From Thermoanaerobaculia bacterium (lineage in GTDB: Bacteria > Acidobacteriota > Thermoanaerobaculia > Gp7-AA8): a stretch of 59,364 nucleotides of DNA. The notes beneath the pieces were generated by a model that ran no database searches, was not told the origin of the DNA, and was given only the letters and a program-made list of their open reading frames with translations. The stretch spans positions 1 to 59,364 of the forward strand of contig DASYLL010000251.1 of NCBI GenBank assembly GCA_036009605.1. The letters run 5' to 3'. Position numbers and translations under genes: made by a program. Shown here piece by piece: positions 37,430 to 46,420 of the stretch (its first letter is position 1; every line of letters begins with the position of its first letter).

Positions 37430-37864
37430 ATGCCTAAAGTTCTGCTCGACACTTGGACATTTCAGCAATACTTGGAGGATGAGTCTCAACTCAGTGAAGA
37501 TGCGCAAAGTATCATACGAGCCGCAGTAGCGGCCAATGATCACCTTTATGTGTCCGCAATTTCGTATCTTGAGGCGCGTCTGACGGCACGAGCCAGCGGT
37601 CTATCCCGCCACGACCTTGACTCGCTGGACGAGAGTCTGGAACGTTCGAGAATACAGATATTGCCCGTGACCCAGTGGGTAGTTGTATCTATTGATATGA
37701 TTCCTGATTCAGCGACGCTGGCAGATCGAATCGCCGCCGCGCAAGCCCTATCGGGCAACTATACTCTGCTGACAGGTGTTGAGGACATAATCTGTACGGA
37801 GTTAGATTGCGTTCGAAGTAACCCTGCGCACATGGGCACCACGGAGGTCATCGGAAGTGCCTAG
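37430..37864 (+). CDS. PIN-domain ribonuclease (VapC-like toxin)
   Basis: VLLDTW.., LYVSAISYLEA, LADRIAAAQAL and LLTGVED match the four acidic PIN positions and the VapC pattern. Starts 6 nt after the upstream stop. Confidence 0.8.
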   Translation: MPKVLLDTWTFQQYLEDESQLSEDAQSIIRAAVAANDHLYVSAISYLEARLTARASGLSRHDLDSLDESLERSRIQILPVTQWVVVSIDMIPDSATLADRIAAAQALSGNYTLLTGVEDIICTELDCVRSNPAHMGTTEVIGSA

Positions 37865-37888
37865 CGCGTGTCGGCTTGCTTGCGGGCC

Positions 37889-40800
37889 TCAATGAGACGT
37901 GTTCGCAGGCGCCGCGTCCCGTAGGCTTTTCCCAGCCATAAAGCCCTCAAGGAAGACGCCAAAAAAGAGCCCGAAGGCAGTCCATGTGAGTATCAGTGTA
38001 GGATAAAAACGGAACGCTAAATAGGGGGCTAGATTGCTCGAGACGGTGTTCCCCGTAGTTAATCCCCAAATGTGGCCCAGATCCAACGTGGTCTCTCGGG
38101 GTAGAACCCTCAAGAAATACGGATAGCGATGCTGATGCAGTGGATGCGGACCCGCCTCGGCTTCATACGCGACCTTGGCGTGGTTTGCGCCGTGAGGCAT
38201 AGGATGCGTCGCCAGCGGAGTGTCATGAAGAGCGTGACTCGTTCCGAATATTGCGGACATGAGTATCGCGATTCCGAATGCATGAGATAGCGCTAGCGCA
38301 ACGACCCGTCGTGCTGCAGCCGCCTTCTCCCGTGTGTTCAGGGCATCGCTACCGGATTTTTCTGCGCGCTTTGCAACTTCGCGGGACACAAAGAAGCCGG
38401 TCGACAAGTATGACAACCCGATAAGAAGAAGAAGCGCTAGTGACGTTCCGGTCAGAGCAAAGTCGTAGCTATGATCAACCTCAACGATGAGAGCCATTGG
38501 GACCGCAGTAAGTCGCGCGAGGCGAGGCAGTAGGCATTCGAACCAATACCCCTTCTCAGGCGACAGGCGTTCTCTGCTCGCGGACTTGCGCATACCACGA
38601 ACGAACGTAACGACCGCCCCAATGATAACGGCCGCGGACAGTGCGAAGAAGCCTGCGCCCTCGAGCCAATGGAAGTTGAGGAGATCCATGGCGACTGCCC
38701 AGGCGTATGCTAGAAGCAACACCAACAGCGGCAGCCACGGATTGGTCGCGAACCTGTAGAACGTGCGAAATGATGGCGGCCACCGCTCACTCAATACGGT
38801 GTTGAGCCCTTTAATGTCTAGGCTTGCTGCCCGCCATCTAACAAAGAAATCCTGAAATAGTAGATCCTGGTGGTCGAACGCGGGCGGTCGCGGGCCCAAG
38901 ATTGCCCCGATATTGTCCAGCTCCGCCGCCCTGTAAGCCCCGGAGTTGCGTGCTGCGGGCGAGGCACCGTCTTTGATTAGAATGCTGCTGCCGGGTAATG
39001 GGCCGCGTGGTGGGGGTGGTGACAGGCAGAGTGACTCCCAGAACAGCGTTGTCGCGTTCTGACCGGCGGCGGTCGCTCCTCGAGGCTGGTGTGGCAGCTC
39101 GCCTTCCGCCTGCTGAATTAGCAAGACCGGCCATTCACAATACCAACGGATTGAATCGCGGAAGAGCATCGCGAGATGCGTCATCAGAGTAACGAATAGT
39201 GTCTGCTCGGAGTGGTGGAGGCCCCTGTGAGCCTGTAGCGATTTGGCCACCGCGAGAGCAGTCCGGGTGCAGCCGCGGAGTGCTGTCGATCGCGCGGTGA
39301 AGCTCTCTATGGGCGTCGCGAGATAGTTTTTGACCTGCTGCTGCAAGTCCTGCAAGTTGTGGCCATAGCTGTCCGCGAGCGTGGTGCGGGATGCATTGTC
39401 CAAGCCGTGCGAGATTAGATCGTGCTGATTGAAGAAGGTCGACAGACCACCATGCGCCAAGCATTTCCATGAGTCGGGCGAGCGGGACGTGAGTTCACGA
39501 TAAGTGCTAAGCGCCTCTAGCATAAGAGAGAGAGTCGGAGTGCTGTGCGACGAAAGCTCCTTCGGTAGTTGATCGATGTGGACTTTGATTGTGTCCGTGG
39601 TCGCGTTAGCGTCGCGCAGCGCAGCGGCGTGGTCGCGGAAGAAGAGCACAATTGCGTGATCGGTGGAGTTGCTGACTCGTGGAAGAAGGTGATCGAAGAT
39701 AGTTTCGCTTCCTCCATGGAACACAACTTCATAGAGGGGTTTGGCGATGTCAGATCTGGCCCGGCGCTTCGAACGCCTAATGATGAGATCGAACTCTCGC
39801 GCAATCGCGCGCGCGATCCGCGCACTCACCGTGGGCGTAATCATTGAGGCGACGTGTGGCGGAAGACGTTCGGGGCTGATCGGCTCTGTCGTATCGCTTC
39901 GCCCAACGATTTCCGCGAAACGGTGCAATTCGAGATCAGCGGCCTCCGCCGCACCAGAGGGAAGGGTGGCAAGGATGTGCGATGCAATCCGCCGCGCGTC
40001 TGAGCTCGCAAGCGAGATACCGGGTACCTGAAAGAGGTGTTCCCGAGTGAGTGCCGGAATGTCCCGCGAGACCGTGTGTAGCTGTGTTGCAAGTATTCGT
40101 ATCAGTGTGGTCTGATCGAGAGACGATTGCTCGCGCCAAGCGGCGAGCATTGACTGCGTTCGTTTCAGGATATCGGTCTCGAACGCGACGCCGCCGATCA
40201 GCCGGTCGGCGAGCTGCGAGCTGAGTCGCGACGTCTGTTCCCGCGCGATGCAATCATGGCAGAAGATGTTTCGAAGTACTTGGGGATTGGGGTTGCTGAG
40301 TATCTCGGCGATTTGTTGCTCGGTCAAGTATACCCGGCGATGCGATCCACCGGCCAGCAGTTGATCCTCGTGGCTTCTGTTCGCTAGGTGTATGAGCAGT
40401 CGCCGCAGAGAAGCGTTGGCGACCAAACGTTGATGGGTATGACTCAGATCGTTAATGCTTGGGGGACATGTGATCTGTTGAAACAGAATATCGAGCGCGG
40501 AGCGGGTCAAGCGGTCGTGCGCTGGGCTGACAATGAGCTCGCTAAGGCCGATGTAACAAGCTTCGGGGATGCCAGTGTTGGACCACGGCGAACTATACTC
40601 ACGCAACGAGTTGAATAGGGCCGTTACCGCTGCCGTGCTATGCGCCGCGCCGCGCTTGGCGAGGTGGATGGCTGTTCTGATGGTTGCGATCGTAGCGCGG
40701 ATTCTTGCATTGGCCACTCTAGCACCGTCTGCCACAGTGCGGGGTAGCGCCGCGACAGCGCGAGCGACTGATAGATCAAAATCGCTTGCATCCCAGCCAT

Positions 40801-41776
40801 CATGCAGAGCTGCATCGATTGTGCGCAGCACGCTCTCCTGAAAGTTGGCAGCGGCAACGAGAGCTTCGTCGGATTCGCGCTCGATGCGTAGTTGGGACGC
40901 GGCGCAGAGCAATTCAGTAGCTCTACCTTTCAGATCATCGTCTGAACTGTTACGGATGATGGCCGGCAGAAAGCGAAGGAGATCCTGCTGTTCATACAGA
41001 AGCTGAGCAAGATTCGACTCGTGTACCCGAACCATGTTAGAGCTTAGCGCTGCTTGGGCTTCCGCCGTGAGCATGCGATTCAACTGCTCACGCGCATCGG
41101 TGTCGCCGGCGATGACTAACGCAAACATACATCTGCGACGAAGTCGATTTAAGTACTCGTCTCTAATCGCGGTGCGCTCTGCGTACTCGAGCGCAGGATT
41201 TGTGTCTGGTTCACGCTGCAGCGTCGGAGGTAGCGCAAGAGTCCCCGTGTGGTCTTTGCTCGTCCGAAGTAACCGGCCCAGGCCTTCGACGGCGGCCTCC
41301 CTCGTCGCTGGAGCTCCTATTTGCAAGACAGTAGCTAGAGCGTCAAGCAGCCCAGGAAATAAAAGGCTCAGTATATTCTTAGGAAGGCCTGTCTGGGAGC
41401 CAAGTCGCTTGGCGAGATCGCAGTAAAAGCTTTGGTGGAGCGTACCCTCGAGAACGAGAAGTGGTAGAGCGTCAGCGAGCGCCGTTAGCAGGTGAGGCGT
41501 GTTTGCGGCCATTAGCAATGACTCTACAGACGTGGTGAGTATGCGAATCCGATCTTCTGTACGTGCGTTCGCATAGATGGTCGGCAGGTCATTCCGTTCA
41601 GGTGCATGAATCCAATCCCGGGCGCCTTCTATCATGACCATCGTGTCGCCGAAACGCGCCGCGAGGTCGGTTGCGTCGGACTCGGCGCTGAGACCCTGTT
41701 GATAGATGTCCAGCGCCGCCAACGGGTTGTTTTCCCGAAAGGCCTCGCTTACCCGATGCGCCCAGCTCTCTGTCAT
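37889..41776 (-). CDS. ORFan 1295-aa protein: ~950-aa helical cytoplasmic region plus a C-terminal 5-6 TM domain
   Basis: GGAGG RBS before ATG 41776. Hydrophobic segments near the C-terminus include WLPLLVLLLAYAWAVAM, FFALSAAVIIGAVVTFV, LALLLLIGLSYLSTGFFV, VVALALSHAFGIAILMSAIFG and LILTWTAFGLFFGVFLEGF. Confidence 0.7.
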   Translation of the reverse strand: MTESWAHRVSEAFRENNPLAALDIYQQGLSAESDATDLAARFGDTMVMIEGARDWIHAPERNDLPTIYANARTEDRIRILTTSVESLLMAANTPHLLTALADALPLLVLEGTLHQSFYCDLAKRLGSQTGLPKNILSLLFPGLLDALATVLQIGAPATREAAVEGLGRLLRTSKDHTGTLALPPTLQREPDTNPALEYAERTAIRDEYLNRLRRRCMFALVIAGDTDAREQLNRMLTAEAQAALSSNMVRVHESNLAQLLYEQQDLLRFLPAIIRNSSDDDLKGRATELLCAASQLRIERESDEALVAAANFQESVLRTIDAALHDGWDASDFDLSVARAVAALPRTVADGARVANARIRATIATIRTAIHLAKRGAAHSTAAVTALFNSLREYSSPWSNTGIPEACYIGLSELIVSPAHDRLTRSALDILFQQITCPPSINDLSHTHQRLVANASLRRLLIHLANRSHEDQLLAGGSHRRVYLTEQQIAEILSNPNPQVLRNIFCHDCIAREQTSRLSSQLADRLIGGVAFETDILKRTQSMLAAWREQSSLDQTTLIRILATQLHTVSRDIPALTREHLFQVPGISLASSDARRIASHILATLPSGAAEAADLELHRFAEIVGRSDTTEPISPERLPPHVASMITPTVSARIARAIAREFDLIIRRSKRRARSDIAKPLYEVVFHGGSETIFDHLLPRVSNSTDHAIVLFFRDHAAALRDANATTDTIKVHIDQLPKELSSHSTPTLSLMLEALSTYRELTSRSPDSWKCLAHGGLSTFFNQHDLISHGLDNASRTTLADSYGHNLQDLQQQVKNYLATPIESFTARSTALRGCTRTALAVAKSLQAHRGLHHSEQTLFVTLMTHLAMLFRDSIRWYCEWPVLLIQQAEGELPHQPRGATAAGQNATTLFWESLCLSPPPPRGPLPGSSILIKDGASPAARNSGAYRAAELDNIGAILGPRPPAFDHQDLLFQDFFVRWRAASLDIKGLNTVLSERWPPSFRTFYRFATNPWLPLLVLLLAYAWAVAMDLLNFHWLEGAGFFALSAAVIIGAVVTFVRGMRKSASRERLSPEKGYWFECLLPRLARLTAVPMALIVEVDHSYDFALTGTSLALLLLIGLSYLSTGFFVSREVAKRAEKSGSDALNTREKAAAARRVVALALSHAFGIAILMSAIFGTSHALHDTPLATHPMPHGANHAKVAYEAEAGPHPLHQHRYPYFLRVLPRETTLDLGHIWGLTTGNTVSSNLAPYLAFRFYPTLILTWTAFGLFFGVFLEGFMAGKSLRDAAPANTSH

Positions 41777-41904
41777 TCATGCCTCCGGATGGGGAAAGAA
41801 GGAATGCTAGCAGGCAACGTCGTCCAGCGTCCACATTTCCGACGCGGATGATTCGGCGCTGACCGGTAGCTGTCGGCGTTATCCTGGCCGCGACAAATCC
41901 TGCT

Positions 41905-42429
41905 ATGTCACAATTCGGAAGCTCGCGCGCCGCGAGTAAGCCGGCCGGCTGTTTGTTAGTCCCGATTCAGCGCGGCAACCGGCCGTATGTCATCGCCGCT
42001 GCGCTTCCAAAAGCGTTCACGCGACAAGCCGCACTCGCGATCGGACTAATTCTTCCGGCGTTCGTCTCGCCCGCAGGCGAAGAACCTGCAGGCGACGTCC
42101 TCGATGGCATTCGAAGTGCGGGAGTTCTTAGGTGGAGGAACAGTCGGAATGGCTACCAACGACTTTCCCTCTCGGCGATCAAGCTGCAGTCGTCCCAGTA
42201 AAGCGAGCTCGGAAGCGCTGTCGATGACCGCAAGGAGGCCCGGAACTATCTCCGAACGTATCCGGCGATTCTCGAAGCCGCGGACCGTTACCGGGACGCG
42301 AGTGAGGCGCTCGCACTCCACCGCGAGCAACCCGAGCCTGACGAAGCCGAAGACCGCTTTCTCGAGATCGAACGGATCAAAGCGCGTAACGAATTCGTCA
42401 GCATGGTCAACAACACGAGACGCGGATAG
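41905..42429 (+). pseudogene. possible disrupted gene (in-frame TAA at 42199-42201)
   Basis: The same frame reads on after the stop as ..AVDDRKEARNYLRTYPAILEAADRYRDASEALALHREQPEPDEAEDRFLEIERIKARNEFVSMV with G-rich first and GC-rich third codon positions but no start codon. The antisense ORF 42046..42471 looks like a shadow. Confidence 0.25.
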
Positions 42430-42541
42430 GTGACCTACTTCTACCCCTAGCCTCAATGTTACTCCGCGCACCTATCCAAGAGGAACGCCGAATCGGGAGA
42501 TACTTGACGCCGCAGATCCAGCGGCGTGATGAAGGAGTGCT

Positions 42542-42931
42542 ATGGCATTGAAGGCGGAAGGTTTTGCGGTGACACCGGGACAGGCAAAGTGGATCGTGGC
42601 GCGGATGCTCGCGGAGAGGCGGATTTCCGCCAGTGAGGTGCGAGCCTTGGTTTCCGACATGGGCCAAGAGATCGCGACGATCGAGAGCCGGCTCGCTGCT
42701 TTGCGTGGCGATGTCGCGGCGGCTCCCGCGCCCCGGAAGAGCGAGGACGTACCGAAACCGCAGCGGCCTCTCAAGCCGAAAGGTCATCCACGCGGTATCG
42801 CAGGGACGCTCGCTGTATTGCTTCGTTCCGTTCCTCTTGCTGAACACGCAGCTATCCAGGCCATCCGGTCGCAGAGCGGTATCCCCGCAGCTATCGAGGC
42901 AGCCCGCAGCGCTCCGAAGCGCCAGCGTTGA
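42542..42931 (+). CDS. hypothetical protein (129 aa)
   Basis: AAGGAG 6 nt before the ATG. Helical N-terminus, then a Pro/Lys-rich linker. Confidence 0.55.
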   Translation: MALKAEGFAVTPGQAKWIVARMLAERRISASEVRALVSDMGQEIATIESRLAALRGDVAAAPAPRKSEDVPKPQRPLKPKGHPRGIAGTLAVLLRSVPLAEHAAIQAIRSQSGIPAAIEAARSAPKRQR

Positions 42932-43015
42932 AGCAGGGGCATCTGCGAATTACGAGCGCGTGTCACGCTGAAAGCCGGCGTTGTACAGACCTCTTCCTCT
43001 TGCGAAAATGAGTGG

Positions 43016-43231
43016 ATGCAAGACAGGACACAGCGGCTCGAGCACAAACTCCGGCTAGCACTCCTTGCCGTGAGCTCCGATCTCGGCGAGGTACGCAAGC
43101 TGGCAGCGTCACAGAACATTTTGGAGGCCGATCGCGAGTTCTATCTGCAGATGCTCGATCGCGCTCAGCACGCCGTGCACTCCATCCAAGAGCAATTGGA
43201 TGCTCGACCGCCACGACCTAACGACCATTAG
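43016..43231 (+). CDS. small coiled-coil hypothetical protein
   Basis: 71-aa ORF with a weak RBS. Confidence 0.3.
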   Translation: MQDRTQRLEHKLRLALLAVSSDLGEVRKLAASQNILEADREFYLQMLDRAQHAVHSIQEQLDARPPRPNDH

Positions 43232-43439
43232 ATGTGCACTCCACCTTAATGCGATAAAGGAGTGTCGCGGTCACAGAATTCTGAACCTTTCCGAATCGTC
43301 AGTCTGCGAGAAATTCGCCGGCGCGGGATGGGCAGAGGAGCTTCGTGTCGCCTGCACTTAACCTGAGGGACCTAAAGCGCGTCTGCGAACCACTCGCCGT
43401 GCTTCTCGTGCTGAGTGCGAAATATCCAGCCTGCATCGA

Positions 43440-43806
43440 GCCGATCATCGGCCCTCGACATCAGCACTACACAACGTGACAGCAACGCATGCCGCGGCGG
43501 CCGACATCACGGAGATGGACGCGCTGCTTCACGGCCAGGAGCGGACGATCTTCGGACATCAGGCGTACTGGAAGAAGCGGACCGGCACGGTTCCGGGCCA
43601 ACGGTGTTCGTTACCGTGTGAATCGCCGCGGAACAGCGCAACGACCGCGGACGGATCATCAGAAGAACATCACCGGGGTCGGTCGCGAACCAGAGCGCGC
43701 GGCGAGCACGCGTTCAGGATCGTCAAGCAGCTGTTGGGCTTCGCGAAAGTACGTTGCAGACGGCCGGCGCTGCTCGACGGCCATCTCCACGGTGTGATTC
43801 TCAATT
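43440..43806 (+). pseudogene. IS5-family transposase remnant
   Basis: Fragments ..DALLHGQERTIFGHQAYWKK.. and ..EHAFRIVKQLLGFAKVRCRR.. resemble the IS5 DDE C-terminal region (VEHxFxxxKxxFGxxKxRYRG). They are frameshifted and truncated. Confidence 0.55.
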
Positions 43807-43808
43807 CC

Positions 43809-44060
43809 GATCAGGTCAGCATTACACCTCGATCGGTTCGGCGATCGTTGTCGAACGACCGTCGCGCGACCTTCCATGGGCTCGATCGGAGATCGTATGA
43901 CAACGCCATGTGGGAGAGCTTCTTCGCCACGCCTGAATGCGAGTTGCTCGATCGCTCGCGATCGCGGATCGCAACGAGGCCGGTGGTGAAAGTCCGATTC
44001 TTCGACAGTCTTTTGATGAGTGGCTCGAAAACACCTATACAACGCGGCGGCCCCTTTTCG
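43809..44060 (+). pseudogene. IS3-family transposase (OrfB) C-terminal remnant
   Basis: ..SYDNAMWESFFATPECELLDR.. matches the IS3 integrase-core motif DNAxxESFFxxLKxE. It is preceded by a degenerate HSDxGSQY-like LNSDQVSI. Confidence 0.55.
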
Positions 44061-44129
44061 TGCGGCCACACAGTAATGCGTCCAGAACGAGAAAGAGCAC
44101 GGTCTATGTGCACGTGAGCCAGGAAGCCG

Positions 44130-44603
44130 TTGGTCGAGGCGGAGAGAGCCAAGGAGCTCAAGGAATCGAGAAATTGGGTCGGTGCGGACAAGATTCTCGC
44201 CGAGGCGGAGGGCTTGGCCAAGGCTCTCCTTGATCGCCCCGACCGTCCGAGCGGCTTGCCGCCTACGTTCGCGCCCGAACCGTTGTATCAAGCCCTGAAG
44301 AAGGAGCGGCGCACGATCACTGCGCGCGCACAGGAACAAGTTGCGCTTCACGCGGTCTGTGGCGACTTGCCGTTCCGTAGTGAGTGGGAAGGCGAGTATG
44401 GCAAAGTCGAATCGGCCGCCGTGAAGCGGGTTGCCCATGCCCCGTCATTAATTGATGTTGAGAACTGCACCGTGGCGGTCCTGACCCGCGAGCATTGCTG
44501 GGTGACGACGTGCGAGGTGCGAGGCAAGAATGCTTTCGGGGCCAAGGTCCTCGACAGGCGCCGGTTTTCTATGAGTGCGCTCGGCGTGGAAGAGATTCCC
44601 TGA
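44130..44603 (+). CDS. hypothetical protein (157 aa)
   Basis: ORF only. No motif recognised. Confidence 0.4.
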   Translation: MVEAERAKELKESRNWVGADKILAEAEGLAKALLDRPDRPSGLPPTFAPEPLYQALKKERRTITARAQEQVALHAVCGDLPFRSEWEGEYGKVESAAVKRVAHAPSLIDVENCTVAVLTREHCWVTTCEVRGKNAFGAKVLDRRRFSMSALGVEEIP

Positions 44604-44642
44604 GGTGCATCCCGACGTCGGATGGCGCGGAACTGTTTCACG

Positions 44643-44675
44643 AGAGAAAAGCCCTGCACACCGAAGTGCAGGGCT
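44643..44675 (-). terminator. rho-independent terminator for the minus-strand module
   Basis: agccctgcac-accgaa-gtgcagggct. On the minus strand it is followed by ttttctct. Confidence 0.7.
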
Positions 44676-44681
44676 GATTTG

Positions 44682-45041
44682 CTAATGTTCCGAGGGTAGG
44701 AGCACGACGCCGTCTTCTACATACAGTCGAACGTAGTCGAGCGGGAAGTCCGTGTGTTCGATCTCCTGCCGGAACGCTTCATCTTCTGAATCGCGCGAGC
44801 AGACGATCGTCGCTGTATGGTCAGGTCTGACGAACAGTTCCCAGAGTTGGAACTCCTGGAGCGCTGAGTCTCGGAGGGCTTCTCTCTGCCATGACGTGAT
44901 GACGTCGATGAGCCAGTGCGCGCGTGCATTTTCCGCAAGAAAGTGCACCCCATCCGTGAATCGCATGCCCGTCCAGTGCTGGTAGTACGTGGTCGTACCC
45001 GTGAAGTGCGGGAGAGCTGCCCGGATCGCAGTTGCTTCCAT
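44682..45041 (-). CDS. conserved plasmid/ICE-associated hypothetical protein (DUF6876-like, from memory)
   Basis: GGAGG RBS. FTGTTTYYQHWTGMRFTDGVHFLAENARAHWLIDVI resembles a family seen next to DUF932 genes on mobile elements. Confidence 0.5.
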   Translation of the reverse strand: MEATAIRAALPHFTGTTTYYQHWTGMRFTDGVHFLAENARAHWLIDVITSWQREALRDSALQEFQLWELFVRPDHTATIVCSRDSEDEAFRQEIEHTDFPLDYVRLYVEDGVVLLPSEH

Positions 45042-45052
45042 GGCTCCCTCCC

Positions 45053-45814
45053 CTACGACGCGAGTACCGGGGCTTCAGTTGGAGCCGCGTGACCCAACGA
45101 CGGCATGCGCGAGAGGAAGGGCGCGAGGCGCCCGACACTTCTAAGCCGCGCGACAGGTTCGAGAACCTTCAGCGAGGAGGTGAACGCGTTCTCGAGGGAC
45201 CACAGTGTCCGCGGCTCGAACTCCGGATGCTGCGGATGGAAATAGTGCTCGTGCACGACGCTGCCGAGATGTTTCGGGAGATCCGCTTCGCCTCCGAGAA
45301 ACGCGTCGTAGATCACGAGCTTGGCTCGTGCGTCGGAGAGATCGCAGCCTCGGAAGAACTCGATCTGTCGGCGCATCGGGTCGAAGTTCCGTTGCATCTG
45401 GTCGACCGCGACCGCGAGGATCGCTTCGATTTCGACGTTCTTCGTGTGCTTCCGAACCACGGGCGTGTAGTCGCCGAAGAGCGCCAAGTTGTCGCAGACG
45501 AGGACTCTCCGCCCGACCGTGAGACCGAGGGAGAAACTCTTGTCGTGCGAGTTTCTGAGGCCGACGGCGATACGGACGCCTGACTCCTCCACGTTCAAGG
45601 TGAGAGCTCCGAAGAAGCGCATGCCGTCGTGGGAGACGGCGTACTCCTCCGAGATGATCTCGAGACGCCGGAAATTGAGTGTTTCGGCGAGAGCCTCGAC
45701 GAACCTCCAGTGCGGAATGGGATAGTGCGTGGCGGTGGGCTCGGGCGTCGGCAAGTCTTTGAGGTCCTGCCGGCCGACGAGCACACTTCGGCTGTGGGAA
45801 AGCATCGCTTCCAT
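45053..45814 (-). CDS. DUF932/DUF945-like phage/plasmid protein
   Basis: AAGGAG RBS. GLRNSHDKSFSLGLTVGRRVLVCDNLALFG matches the conserved DUF932 core as I recall it. Confidence 0.65.
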   Translation of the reverse strand: MEAMLSHSRSVLVGRQDLKDLPTPEPTATHYPIPHWRFVEALAETLNFRRLEIISEEYAVSHDGMRFFGALTLNVEESGVRIAVGLRNSHDKSFSLGLTVGRRVLVCDNLALFGDYTPVVRKHTKNVEIEAILAVAVDQMQRNFDPMRRQIEFFRGCDLSDARAKLVIYDAFLGGEADLPKHLGSVVHEHYFHPQHPEFEPRTLWSLENAFTSSLKVLEPVARLRSVGRLAPFLSRMPSLGHAAPTEAPVLAS

Positions 45815-45844
45815 GAGTGAATCTCCTTTGTGTGGGGAAGGGCG

Positions 45845-46219
45845 TTAGCGGACGGCGCGCAGACGGGAGCCGGTGGCGGTAGCGGCGCCGTCAATCATGA
45901 GGAGAAAGCGTTCGGCGAGCGGCTCCTGCGTGTGCTCGGGGAGAGCGCGCCACGCGGTCAAGAGCTTCATTTCTGAGGCATCGAGATCAGCAAATTCGCC
46001 GAAGAGCTTCCGCTCGACGCCATCGCCGAAGAACTCGGCGGGAGTCATGCTGTAGGCGGAGAGGAGTTGGAAAAGCTGCGAGACCTTCAATGATCGAGTA
46101 CGTTGGCCGCTCTCGAAGGAGCTGATTGTCTTCTCTCCGACTCCGGACGACTCAGCGGCTTCTTTTTGCGTCAAGCCTCGAAGCCGTCGCAGTTCGCGGA
46201 GCTTGAGGACGATATCCAT
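45845..46219 (-). CDS. XRE-family helix-turn-helix transcriptional regulator
   Basis: AAGGAGG RBS. LRELRRLRGLTQKEAAESSGVGEKTISSFESG. Confidence 0.85.
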   Translation of the reverse strand: MDIVLKLRELRRLRGLTQKEAAESSGVGEKTISSFESGQRTRSLKVSQLFQLLSAYSMTPAEFFGDGVERKLFGEFADLDASEMKLLTAWRALPEHTQEPLAERFLLMIDGAATATGSRLRAVR

Positions 46220-46410
46220 TCTGATTCACCTCCTTTCTTTTCCGGTTCGGATTCAGGCGGAAGTTCTCGCTCGCCTTGAATCGTGACCGCTTCCTCGTGG
46301 GTGTGGGCGGTGTCGACGACGGCCGGTTGTTGTTTGTCCGGCGCCTCGGCATCCACGATGTAGAAGAGACTTCGGCCCTCGCCGTGGAAGATCACGATCG
46401 GGTAGCGCAT
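46171..46410 (-). CDS. possible small hypothetical protein
   Basis: 79-aa ORF that overlaps the well-supported XRE start by 49 nt. Doubtful. Confidence 0.3.
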   Translation of the reverse strand: MRYPIVIFHGEGRSLFYIVDAEAPDKQQPAVVDTAHTHEEAVTIQGERELPPESEPEKKGGESEWISSSSSANCDGFEA

Positions 46411-46420
46411 GTCATCTGGA

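Noticed and set aside
42046-42471. 141-aa minus-strand ORF
   Set aside because: Codon-position composition favours the plus-strand frame, and the Val/Leu/Arg/Gly-rich product looks like an antisense shadow. It is left unresolved at low confidence.
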